A DNA stretch of 64,000 nucleotides from a virus. Taxonomy: Duplodnaviria; Caudoviricetes. The position numbers were made by a program, and so were the translations under genes. The DNA lies in the IMG/VR virus record IMGVR_UViG_3300027566_000003; one strand, written 5' to 3'. The notes under the pieces were generated by a model. That model was given only the letters and a program-made list of their open reading frames with translations. It made no database searches and was not told the origin of the DNA. This document shows, one piece after another, positions 1 to 10,371 of this stretch (its first letter is position 1; each line of letters opens with the position of its first letter).

Positions 1-637
1 TAAACTCGAATTGCAATCCTGCATTGACAATAGATTGCTGTTTTAAAATCTTTTCTATAAAAGAAGAGTCAATATTACTTTCTCCTCTAAAAACTTCTTT
101 AGATGGCAACCAATGAATAATTGTTCCTGTATAATCTAAATCATGTTTGGTTTTTTCTAATTGTCCTTGTAGAACTCCATTTTCATATCGTATATAATAT
201 TGACAACCTTTATTGCTAATTGCAGTTGCTTCAAGAAAATCGCTAGTGTAATTTGTGCCAGTACAACCGATGCCGTTTGTGCCTAGACTATATATGTAAT
301 TACCATTTGATTGATTATTGTTGTATTTCCCACCACTCCACAATTCATCAAAAACCTTTTTATAAGCATATTCTCCTTTAGAATTTTTATCCATAGGAAC
401 AGACCTACCAAAGTCCTGTATTGTAATTGAATTATCTTTATGTTTAGTTATGATTATTTTGCTCCCATAACCACCACGACTTTCATCAAGTGAATTTCCT
501 AGTATTTCTAGAAATCCATGTTGATGATTCTCCATACCTATAGATGCAGGTTTTGCTCTAACCCCACCCAATATGCCCAATGAATCTAACGAATCTGGAT
601 TATATGTATTTTGATTATTGTGTTCTATAATAAACAT
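1..637 (-). CDS. gyrB: Type II topoisomerase subunit B (GyrB/ParE-like), N-terminal GHKL ATPase part; truncated by left window edge; absent from ORF track
   Basis: Manual translation: NTYNPDSLDSLGILGGVRAKPASIG, EILGNSLDE, ITIQDFGRSVP, LWSGGKY, SLGTNGIG, TGTIIHWLPSKEVF. These match GyrB motifs VRKRPGMYIG, EIVDNSIDE, DNGRGIP, LHAGGKF, GLHGVG. In-frame ATG at 637; ATT at 631 is better spaced from AAAGGA. Confidence 0.88.
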   Translation of the reverse strand, partial: MFIIEHNNQNTYNPDSLDSLGILGGVRAKPASIGMENHQHGFLEILGNSLDESRGGYGSKIIITKHKDNSITIQDFGRSVPMDKNSKGEYAYKKVFDELWSGGKYNNNQSNGNYIYSLGTNGIGCTGTNYTSDFLEATAISNKGCQYYIRYENGVLQGQLEKTKHDLDYTGTIIHWLPSKEVFRGESNIDSSFIEKILKQQSIVNAGLQFEF

Positions 638-664
638 TCCTTTCCATGCCCATATGATAAGTTA

Positions 665-693
665 ATTATATCTTACTTTAACAATTTAATCAA
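665..693 (-). promoter_or_regulatory. sigma-A-like promoter upstream of gyrB-like gene
   Basis: TTGATT-17 bp-TATAAT on minus strand. Confidence 0.6.
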
Positions 694-1454
694 TAAATAT
701 AATTTTGATTAATAACAATAAATCAATACTGAACAAATCCCACCACATTTTCATCAACCCAATTATCGTCAAGAAGTCTAACATATGTAAAAATATCATT
801 ATCTCTAATATTCCTATACAAAACTAAAATACTATGATCATGTTCACTTACTTGCCAATTTGAAAAACATAAACTTATATTCTCATTAATAACTAAAATA
901 TATCCATTGTAATAATACTCATCAATGAATTTAATTTCTGCATCATTTACTACAACATTTAATAAGATTCCTAAATCTCCTTCTGCATTAGCAGATTCAA
1001 TTTGAATTTGTGTTCCAATTACTTTTTTCATGAAGAAATCTAAATTAAATTCTTGAAATTCATCCATTTAAAACAACCCCAATCTTTTTATTTTTGTCTT
1101 TAATTTACCGCATTTGAAGCATATGTAGTGAATAAATTTATGAGATTTTGTGTATTTGGATTCAATATGGATATAATTGTGGATACAGAATAGTTGTTTG
1201 ATGAATTTTATGATGGGTTTAAATATTCTAATAGTCATCATTTATTTCTCGTTTGATAAAATTTGGTCTTATATTTGATTCTTTTGGTCTATTTGGTGAA
1301 TTACAATCACAACAAAAACATTTACATTTAATATTACAGAATTTTGTATTACATCCGAAATAATTTTCTATACGTTGTTTTAAATCATTCCAATGAATGC
1401 AATCTGTGCAAGATACTGTGGGATTTTTGTTTGACATTTTTCATTTCTCCTTAT

Positions 1455-1886
1455 TTAATAATCCTCTTCATCTTCATCCAAACCTAATTCTCTTTCATAA
1501 AATCTAACTTTATCTGCTAATTCGTTTTCCAACTTATAAATTTTATTTTGTAAATATTCTTCAATTAATACCCCTGTGTTCGGAATAATTTGTTTACATC
1601 TGTCATCATATAATTCAATCATCCCATAATCTTTTTCTGATGTAACTTCTAATACCTGACCAATATGTTTTTCACACCATTTATTAATAATATATAAAGA
1701 ATATATTCTCTCGGGATTGTTACTCGAAACTCTTGCCGTAAATATCTTTACATTTCTACCTTCATTTAACCATTCTTTTACTCTGTTTAACATTAGAGGT
1801 ATTGGTTCTCCTATATGTTCTGATCCTCTCCATTTATCATATTTTGCTAAAGTTCTATCTAAGTCCACGCCTATCCAACCATTCAT
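1455..1886 (-). CDS. HAD-superfamily phosphatase-like protein (phage polynucleotide phosphatase-type)
   Basis: N-terminal WIGVDLDRTLA (DxDxT-like), KIFTAR motif II, YDDR motif IV. Confidence 0.6.
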   Translation of the reverse strand: MNGWIGVDLDRTLAKYDKWRGSEHIGEPIPLMLNRVKEWLNEGRNVKIFTARVSSNNPERIYSLYIINKWCEKHIGQVLEVTSEKDYGMIELYDDRCKQIIPNTGVLIEEYLQNKIYKLENELADKVRFYERELGLDEDEEDY

Positions 1887-2731
1887 TTTTTATATTCATC
1901 CTTTCTTAATTAACATAGAATTTATCTTTTCTGGGAACTAATCTTCTATAAGATTCTCTAATTGGGTTGGATAATCTTTTCTTTCTAAACTAGTTTTAAT
2001 AATATTTACTCTATTGCTAATTATATCTTTTAAAAATAGAATGCATTCTGCCCAAGTATCATCTATGTCATTAAATGCTTTGCCATCAACATATAGTAAG
2101 CAATCATCAAGGTCATTTATTAATATAGTTAATTCTCTCATGTAATTCTCCTTTTCAATCAACACGAAATAGGTTCTTTATCGGGTTGCTTTAAGCGAAG
2201 GCAGATAATAGTCAAGACTATACGCCTTAATATCTAACACATCTGAGCATCCTATCTCCTGACTATGAGTTAATTGTACTATTGCAAAGTAATTATTGCC
2301 AAATTTTATGTAATCTTGATGTCTAATCTCAATTGTTTTATAATGTTTATTTATCCAATAAGCAAGTTTTAGTAAATATTTTTTAATCATTTGTAATATC
2401 TCCTTTCCGATAAATTCATTATTTCTCAGGATTACATTACATCTCTTTTCATATAGTCATTTATAATATCTCTTAATCTCTGCTCAATCTCTTTATTCCA
2501 AAACCAAGTAGGAGTATCAAAATTTGCTATTCTTTCACATGCTTCACAGTCATGCATAGATTGGGCAGTACCTAGAGACTCATGCTCTATCTTACCTTGA
2601 TTTATATAATAATTGCATCCAGACCATTTAAAATTTGTTTCTTGTGGATAATGTTTAAGATAATCTGCATTAAGTTCATCTAATTCTTCTTGTGTTGTAA
2701 TTTTATATGTGGTCAATATAATTCACCTCCT

Positions 2732-3424
2732 TTACAAATTTACTCTAACAGTAAAATCAGCATAATAAGTAGTCGTTCCTGCTCTATTATCCTCACACCA
2801 TTTATCTAACAACATCTGTAATTCTTTTTGGTCTTCATCTGAGATATTATCCATTGCATCTTCATGTAAGTCACTACAAGCATTTTCAATAATATCATAA
2901 GCATCTATAGACAATTCAATTGCTTGTGTCCCATAAACTCTTAATGACGCTACCTCATTTTCCTCATAACCTTTGTCATGTATCCATTCTTCAAAATCTT
3001 CGACATTAATATATTTATCATGACTATGACTATAAAGCATTTCGTATTTTTCACTTGCTTCTTCAAATGATATTTTCTTTGCGTTGTTCCATGTTTCTAA
3101 ATCTTTATCATGTCTTTCTTTAATACGCTCTTGTACAACATATTCACAATTACACTGAGATGAACTTCTATCTAATATTTTTCCGCAATATAAACATTTA
3201 CTTTGTACACCTCTATAACAATGTCTACAACCTGTGATTGTTTGTTGTTTATATGGAAAATGAACTTTATTATTTTCACTTTTAAGTCCGAAAGGATGAT
3301 CATCTATTTGAAGTCCTGTGCCTCCACAGTGGGAGCAGATAACTTCATGTTCTTGTAAGTCTTTTTGAAGTTTTAAGTTGAATGATACGCCTACTAATTC
3401 GGTTCTAATTGTCATTTTATTCAT
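2732..3424 (-). CDS. Hypothetical protein with DnaJ-type CxxCxGxG zinc finger
   Basis: CSHCGGTG ... CRHCYRG ... CLYCG. Confidence 0.5.
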   Translation of the reverse strand: MNKMTIRTELVGVSFNLKLQKDLQEHEVICSHCGGTGLQIDDHPFGLKSENNKVHFPYKQQTITGCRHCYRGVQSKCLYCGKILDRSSSQCNCEYVVQERIKERHDKDLETWNNAKKISFEEASEKYEMLYSHSHDKYINVEDFEEWIHDKGYEENEVASLRVYGTQAIELSIDAYDIIENACSDLHEDAMDNISDEDQKELQMLLDKWCEDNRAGTTTYYADFTVRVNL

Positions 3425-3656
3425 CTCCTTTATATGAGTTAAACTATTTCTCCATCTGCTTCAATTTCATTTAATTTACATTCAATATAGTCAATTATTT
3501 CATTTGGGTATTTATTTTTAAGTTTCTCTTCTGCTTTATCAACTTCCCATTTACTATTACAAACCCCATATACATTACCTTTTAAATCTACAACTACATA
3601 AACCGTCATAAAATTTCTCCTTTTTAAGATATTACAAAACTATCATTTTTTCGGAT

Positions 3657-4079
3657 TTAGCAAACTTCATAAGGTGATACATAAAACATCTCTGGTTTAT
3701 AATCTGCATAAGTAACAGTTCTCTTCTGATAATAAACTTTCATATCACTATTGTCTCTTGGGGTAAACCAATAATACTTTTCTCCACCATACTTAGGATC
3801 GTTGATTCTATATTCTTGACCTTTTCTAACTTTAAGATTATCTTCAACAACTTGTTCTACATCAAATTCAATAAATGCACCATAGTCACCTATGACTATA
3901 CGATTGTAACCAGTTGCTATTAGTGTCCCATTTAAACTATGTATTTTGAAATTTATATTGCCATTTATATTTAATTCTGAAGGTAGGTTATCTAGATATT
4001 TTTGTCTAACTTCTGCCGACAAAGTTTTATTTAATTTGCGATATGCTAATTCTTCTTGAAATTTTAGTAGATTTTCGAT
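3657..4079 (-). CDS. Conserved-looking phage hypothetical protein; probable ATC start 57 nt upstream of the track start
   Basis: Open frame extends to ATC at 4079, 7 nt after a perfect AGGAGG. Confidence 0.55.
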   Translation of the reverse strand: MENLLKFQEELAYRKLNKTLSAEVRQKYLDNLPSELNINGNINFKIHSLNGTLIATGYNRIVIGDYGAFIEFDVEQVVEDNLKVRKGQEYRINDPKYGGEKYYWFTPRDNSDMKVYYQKRTVTYADYKPEMFYVSPYEVC

Positions 4080-4948
4080 ATGGAAACCTCCTTTCTTTAT
4101 GAGATAAATTTATCAGTTTAACTCATCTCTGATGTGTTTGATAAAATCAGAAACCATACATATTTCACATTCTAAACCATGACAAATTATCATTTCTGTT
4201 GAAGGACAATATTCACAATTTTGCTTACAAGAATTATCTTCTTTTTGTTTATTTGGGCAATACCATTTACAAAATTGTTCTTTAAGTTCTAATAATTTAT
4301 CTTCCATCATTCACCATCTCTAATAAACTCAATGATATCTTGCATTGCATAGGTTCTTAAAGCATCTTTTTCTACATCAAACACTTCTAGTAACCACTGG
4401 TCTTCTTTATGAAAATCAGTACGCCCAAAGAACACTTTTGCAGGGATAATAGTTCTGATTGATGTTTCATTACGCCAGTTTTTGTATTTTACTTTGATTG
4501 GGACACATGGATTATAATGAGGGCATGAATCTTTATGATTTAGTAAACATCCTTCTCCAAATGGTTCTTCCCAGTCAGGAGAATAACAAACTCCGCTATC
4601 AAAATGTGTACATGGGTTCATATTAATGCACCTCCTTTTAAAATCCTTCTTCTACTCTTCCACCAAAGATTAAATAAACTGCTTCTAAACCATCTTTTAA
4701 ACCTTTAATATAACATGATTCATCTATATTTAATTCTTCATTACTTCTTCCGTTTTGAAGTGACTCAATTATTTTATATATAAATGTTCTATATTCTTTA
4801 ACATCTGATTTATAAAATTCAAGTGCTTCATCAAATGTAAATAAATTAACATCGAACTTTTCCTCAATTGGTTTTAATGCTTTGATTAATTTTTTATCCA
4901 TCATAAAATTTACCTCTTTCTTAAATAACATAGAATTCCATTTTCATT

Positions 4949-4991
4949 GGGTTTGTGAAACCCCCAAACCCGCATGGTATAAGGGTTTCAC
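4949..4991. other. Two overlapping, mutually exclusive stem-loops (terminator- or attenuator-like)
   Basis: GGGTTTG 4949-4955 / CAAACCC 4965-4971, versus GTGAAACCC 4955-4963 / GGGTTTCAC 4983-4991 followed by T5 on the plus strand. Confidence 0.5.
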
Positions 4992-6166
4992 TTTTTGAAT
5001 TTATACGTTTATGTGTAAATTATAAACAGTTTTACTATTAGATACATCAATCATAAATTGAAAGTCTTTCTTAAGATAATCTCTCATTCTCAATTTTGCA
5101 TATTTTATCAGTAATCTTAATATAAGCATCATTCAAACATCTGTACTGATTATATTCTTTTTTACATTTATCTTTAAGTTTATGTAAATCTTTTAATTCT
5201 TTAATCAAATTTTCTAAAAAATCTTCTATAAACTTAATATCCTCTGATTCTAATCCATAATTCAACATCATTTTATTGAAATTATCATACGTATTCATAA
5301 GAGTATTTACCATACTCCTATACGGTCTAAAATCCATTACATAACATCAAATAATTCTTTCGTCTCCAATAATATCATGTGTAAAATTTGTCATTTCATT
5401 TAATTCTTCTTTGTTTCTGATATTTTTTATTTCATTTACCATATACTTAATATCTTCCTTGATTGTTTTAATCATAATTTCTTTCATGTTTTTACTCCTT
5501 CTTGCGTTTGGACGCAACCCTTATTTTTTATTTATTGTTTACATATATTGTTTTTAGAACATATCAACTAAGAATATCCGCCATGTATATTGAATATCAT
5601 AGTATTTTCACATCCTTTCAATATAATAAGGATAAACTGAATACCTATCCATATGCAATCTGCATAATTATTTCTCCTTTTAACTTATTTTTCAATCTCA
5701 TACTCAATTTTTAAATCGAATTCTTTACGACAATTAGGGCATTTACAATTAAAAACTTCAATCTCATATCCATTCTCTTCATAAAAATCTTTAGAGTCAT
5801 AAACTCTATAAAAATTTCTTTCACCACAATTAGGACATTTTTCTGATATTGTTGTATTACTCCATACTGTATTATTTGGGTTATCATTATTTACTGAATA
5901 AATTGTTCGCATTTCTCCGCAAAAATCACCTTCAAATGGAACTATAAAAGTCAATTTAATCTTCCTCCTCTTCATTAGTATCATTTATAACATTGACACT
6001 ATTGGTTATCCCATTATCTCCCAATATTTCATGGATGTCATGTGCTATATCTTTAGCATCTTTTTCAGAATCTACTTCTATGTAGATTTGTAAAATGAAA
6101 TACATATGCTTACTCCTTTTTAAAATCCTTGGAAATGTTTATTTCTTGGCAAGTAAGGGAAAGCAA

Positions 6167-6595
6167 CTATGCTCTCCCACTACTCCCATATCCTCCACGA
6201 TCTTTATCGCCCAAAGTTTTTACTTCTTCAAATTCAATTTCTGGCATTTTTTCAACAATTCTAAATTGGCAAATTCTATCATTAATTTTTATTTCTGTAT
6301 CTCGTAAAGCATAAGCAGGGAAAAACCATTGATCATTATTACCTTTAAATGATTCATCGACTACGCCTTGATGGTTAGTTTGAATTACTCCAAAATGTTT
6401 AAATGTACTTCCTCTCGGTACAATGTGTGCTTCGTTATTTTTCGGAAGTTCCATTCCTACTCCTAGAGGAATTAATTTAAATTCTCCTGCTTTAAGAATA
6501 CAATTAATTGCTGAACGTAGATCAATCCAATCACCATTTTTGAATTTTGTTAATTTATTAATTTGATCACTAAAGTATTTAATTTTAATTTTCAT
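6167..6595 (-). CDS. dut: Trimeric dUTPase
   Basis: Motifs [32 protein letters not shown]. Confidence 0.95.
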   Translation of the reverse strand: MKIKIKYFSDQINKLTKFKNGDWIDLRSAINCILKAGEFKLIPLGVGMELPKNNEAHIVPRGSTFKHFGVIQTNHQGVVDESFKGNNDQWFFPAYALRDTEIKINDRICQFRIVEKMPEIEFEEVKTLGDKDRGGYGSSGRA

Positions 6596-6628
6596 ATATG
6601 TATTACCTCGCTTTTATTATTTATTAAC

Positions 6629-9337
6629 TTAACGTACAGGACATACCCCTGAACTACATCCATCATTTCCGATATCAAATTCTGTTTCTACTTCTTCATA
6701 TTTACTAATTAAAGAAGGAATAAATGGTTTCATTTCTGAAACTCTTCTATTATACTCTTCCTCTGTAATTGCTTCATACGGCATTAATTTATAAAATGAA
6801 TCAGATAATGATAAGAAACTTACAGCCACAACATCATCCCAATTATTATACATCCATTCTTCTACTTCTCCCCATTCATTATCACGAACCGTAACTGTAA
6901 TTGAAGCATTATGATCTACGTAGCAATCCATAAACATTTTATAATTTTCAAGTTGTTCAATTGCGGATACATCATATTTAGTTCTTCCAATAGGAGATTT
7001 TACAGGAAACTCAATAACTTTTGTTGTACATGTTTCCATTTCTTGACCTACTTCAGGAAATATAGGATAATTCAATTCTTCACAAACTTTAACTAAAGGA
7101 TCATGAGCATTAATTCTCACTCTTCTAATAAACCAATCAGATTCAGAATAATGAACTCCAGATGAAACTCCAGGAATTTGACTCAATGTGCCCTCTGGCT
7201 TGACGGTGGTTATTAATAATGATACTGGAAAACCCAATTCTTCTGCGTAAATTTTAATTGTGTCATGAGCAACTTTGCGTAATTCTCTTAATAATTCAGC
7301 TTCTTGATCTTTTGACATATCGGTAGCATTAACCATGTCTTGCCATCCAGTCAAAGAACATCCAGTAAGTCTATCTCTTTTTTGTATTATATTCCATTTT
7401 GGAAGTTCTAACTCTACGCAAGTCATACGATAACCAGCTTTTGCTGACAGTCTTTGTGCTTCCAATAAAGAAATTAAATCTAATGTACCATCAGAAACAA
7501 AAGCGTATACATTAACTGTTGTTAAGTTGCACAATCCATTTGCATCTAATAAAATTTCGGCACAATTATGTGCAACTACATTTTCTACAATCCCCCAATT
7601 AGTAGATGGTTCTGAAAAATCATAAACCTTTTGCTTATCTAATATTTTAATAGATATTACCGTTGGATTTTTCCCATAATATGCTGATAAATTTTTATTT
7701 AATGATTCTACAGCCTTACATTCTTGACAATTTTCTAACATTAATACGTGATCAGGAGTACATTTAATAACTTTATTATTGCTCAGTTGTACTTCAACAA
7801 TATCTTTTTCTCCATTACACCAAACTTTACCACTAGATATTTCCCCATTTAAATTAACAATCTTAACTTCTTTTCCATCTAATTCTTCAAATGTTTTATA
7901 TCCATCTGAGGTCAATAAATTCATATCGCCAGTGAAACAAGGATTAACCCCATTAAAGTTTGATCTACGTTTATTACCTGTAATTTCATTAACAAAAGCA
8001 GGTTCCCCTGAATATCTCATCTGTTCAACTTGCCAATGAATTTGTTCTCTTGAAGGTTTTTCTTTATAATAGATAGAATTATTACTCATTTGTCTATGAG
8101 ATAGTTCTGAATCTATTTCCCATTTTCCATTAGATGATTGTTTGTATAAGTTGCTTTTTGCTTTAATACATTCATCATCATCTGAATCAATTAAAGCAAT
8201 CAAGCTAGTCCTTCTTACTCCTCCGATTACAACATTTTCACCAATACTTGCCAACATATCTAAACAATTAATTGGTCTAAGTTTAATTTTATCTAATCCT
8301 TGAATGAGTCCTTCTTTGTTAATAATTTTATTTACTTTAGAAAACATTGATTTTAAACTTTCGTACCCTGATGCAGTTCCACCAAATGTCTTTAATCTTT
8401 CTCCTTTTGGTCTAACATAATTGTAATCAAATACAACTGTTTTAATATCTGTAAAGTCTTTATCCCATAATATCTTAAAATAATAATCTAATGCTTGACT
8501 CCAGCCACCCTTGCTATCACCTACAATGATCTTTATCATATTGTTGTTTATGAAAATAATAGATGTATTATCTTCACGTTTATCTTTAAGAACAGGAGTA
8601 TAATCTTTATGAATCACTTCTATATTTGTTTTTACTTTTGGAAGTTTAGATACGTCATTTTTTAAAATTCTAAAACCAAAACCAGAACCAATCATAAGCA
8701 AGTAAAAAGCATCTTTAAAAGATTCAAAGTTATCAATTACGGAGAAACTGCAATTAAAGTTAGAAGTAGGGTATTTTTCTGAAACTAATGTTCCACCTAT
8801 GTATAATGTTCTTCCAGACAAGAATTGTCTAAGATAAAAGATATTATCATATAATTTTTCTGCTTCTTCTACAGAAGTTGGAACTAAACTACAATTGTAT
8901 TCTACAGCCCTTTTTACTGTTTCCCACCAATATTCTCTACGTCCTTCATATGGGAGATATCTACTATATGTACGGTAATAAACAAAACTTCCTAGTTGTT
9001 TCATTGGTGATGGTAGATGTTTATATTTACTAAGGAACTCTTCACTGAGGAGACCTTTCACTTTATTTTTTCTTGTTTTATCCCTTTGATTTCTATAAAT
9101 TATATATCGTTTGGCTACATCTTTTCTATTACTTTCCATTAACATATCTTCTACAAAATCTTGAATATTTTCAACTGAGTATATATCTAGTCCAATAGAC
9201 TCAATTTTATTTGCAATTTCATGACTTAGTTTTGTATCAACACCATCTTTTGTTTCAAGCATAGCATTTTCAATTGCACGAATGATACTATTTTTATCAA
9301 AATCAACTAGTGTACTATTTCTTTTTTGTACCTTCAA
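6629..9337 (-). CDS. nrdJ: Class II (B12-dependent) ribonucleoside-triphosphate reductase with N-terminal ATP cone and an intein
   Basis: ATP cone KVQKRNSTLVDFDKNSI; RTYSR, GGVRR, KPEGTLS; C-terminal CSSGVC; splicing restores NPCAE; no small-subunit gene adjacent. Confidence 0.92.
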   Translation of the reverse strand: MKVQKRNSTLVDFDKNSIIRAIENAMLETKDGVDTKLSHEIANKIESIGLDIYSVENIQDFVEDMLMESNRKDVAKRYIIYRNQRDKTRKNKVKGLLSEEFLSKYKHLPSPMKQLGSFVYYRTYSRYLPYEGRREYWWETVKRAVEYNCSLVPTSVEEAEKLYDNIFYLRQFLSGRTLYIGGTLVSEKYPTSNFNCSFSVIDNFESFKDAFYLLMIGSGFGFRILKNDVSKLPKVKTNIEVIHKDYTPVLKDKREDNTSIIFINNNMIKIIVGDSKGGWSQALDYYFKILWDKDFTDIKTVVFDYNYVRPKGERLKTFGGTASGYESLKSMFSKVNKIINKEGLIQGLDKIKLRPINCLDMLASIGENVVIGGVRRTSLIALIDSDDDECIKAKSNLYKQSSNGKWEIDSELSHRQMSNNSIYYKEKPSREQIHWQVEQMRYSGEPAFVNEITGNKRRSNFNGVNPCFTGDMNLLTSDGYKTFEELDGKEVKIVNLNGEISSGKVWCNGEKDIVEVQLSNNKVIKCTPDHVLMLENCQECKAVESLNKNLSAYYGKNPTVISIKILDKQKVYDFSEPSTNWGIVENVVAHNCAEILLDANGLCNLTTVNVYAFVSDGTLDLISLLEAQRLSAKAGYRMTCVELELPKWNIIQKRDRLTGCSLTGWQDMVNATDMSKDQEAELLRELRKVAHDTIKIYAEELGFPVSLLITTVKPEGTLSQIPGVSSGVHYSESDWFIRRVRINAHDPLVKVCEELNYPIFPEVGQEMETCTTKVIEFPVKSPIGRTKYDVSAIEQLENYKMFMDCYVDHNASITVTVRDNEWGEVEEWMYNNWDDVVAVSFLSLSDSFYKLMPYEAITEEEYNRRVSEMKPFIPSLISKYEEVETEFDIGNDGCSSGVCPVR
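7565..7939 (-). mobile_element. Mini-intein (125 aa, no endonuclease) in nrdJ
   Basis: Begins CFTGDM, ends VYDFSEP...VVAHN; +1 residue is the Cys of NP|CAE. Confidence 0.93.
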
Positions 9338-10148
9338 TTATGTATCCTCCAATATATTTATTTTATAATTATACGATGAATATCTTCTTTTAAGGTAATT
9401 ACTTACCCCAATCATATAAAACATGGCTACATTCACAACTAAAATTATTTGATAATACCCTCATCTGTTCAATTTCTTCTTTCTTCATTCTTTCACCTTT
9501 ACTATATTTCTCTAATAATTTTCTAAGTTCTCTTGTAATATCAAGAATATCCATGTCTCCATAGTTCATTATGCATCACCTTCTTCCTTAACTACTAATT
9601 CAGTAGATTCTACTTTAATTTGCCATTGATAATTATTTTCTTGACTACAAATATTTTTAAACCTGAACAGAACAGGATTCAAATTGTCAGGAGAGTCTTT
9701 ATTAATATATCTCTTACATTCATTACATTGTTCACATTCTGAATAATTACATAGTCCATATGTCACCAAGCCTTAATCTTCCATCCTTTCATTATTATTT
9801 TCTTTATTATTTAGAAACCACCCTCTGCCAAATGGTATCATAGGGTCTCTTTTATAATAAGCACCTTTATTGGTATCTTGGTCAACTATAAATGCGAAGT
9901 TAATTTTATCATCAGTATAGTTTTGTTTATATTCTTCAAAACTTATCTGAATCCAATTACAATCTCTACCATGTAATGTTTTTATGTAATTCACCTTCTT
10001 TATGTATGATTTTATATAGCAAGAGTTCAATTAGTATTGCAAATAGGATATGTGATCAAACCCTTGCCATTATGAGATATTTTATTTTGTACTTTATATT
10101 ATGATAATAGTTTGTGATTATTCACCAATACGTTTGTAGTAAAATCCT

Positions 10149-10234
10149 TTGAAAGAGATATTTTATTGGTTTTATAGTTTTGAAAAACGGAGCATTTGGG
10201 AGTAAATTGAAGTATAAGCGAGTATGAGAGAGGT
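10149..10234. repeat. Composite intergenic element copy A (palindrome + TGAAAAACGGAGCATTT + AGTAT 10-mers); other copies at 32815-32890 and 46928-47004
   Basis: 17/17 core identity and AGTATGAGAGAGGT shared with the 46961-47004 copy; degenerate third copy. Confidence 0.8.
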
Positions 10235-10339
10235 GTTTTTTGGAATTGATGGATTTTTTGTTGGTTTTATAGATTTTACATGATAATTACCTTCTTTTGG
10301 TTAGAATTTTTTAGTGATATTTGTACCTGCTTGATAATT

Positions 10340-10369
10340 ATTATACAATAGATTAGGATTGTAAGTCAA
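10340..10369 (-). promoter_or_regulatory. sigma-A-like promoter at the end of recD
   Basis: TTGACT-18 bp-TATAAT. Confidence 0.6.
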
Positions 10370-10371
10370 CA

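Larger units (their letters stand above)
723..6130 (-). other. Array of about 18 small co-oriented hypothetical phage ORFs, several Cys-rich or Zn-ribbon
   Basis: ORF track ORFs with AGGAG(G)-type RBS, plus short ORFs below the track cutoff; many junctions carry the 18-bp palindrome. Confidence 0.75.
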
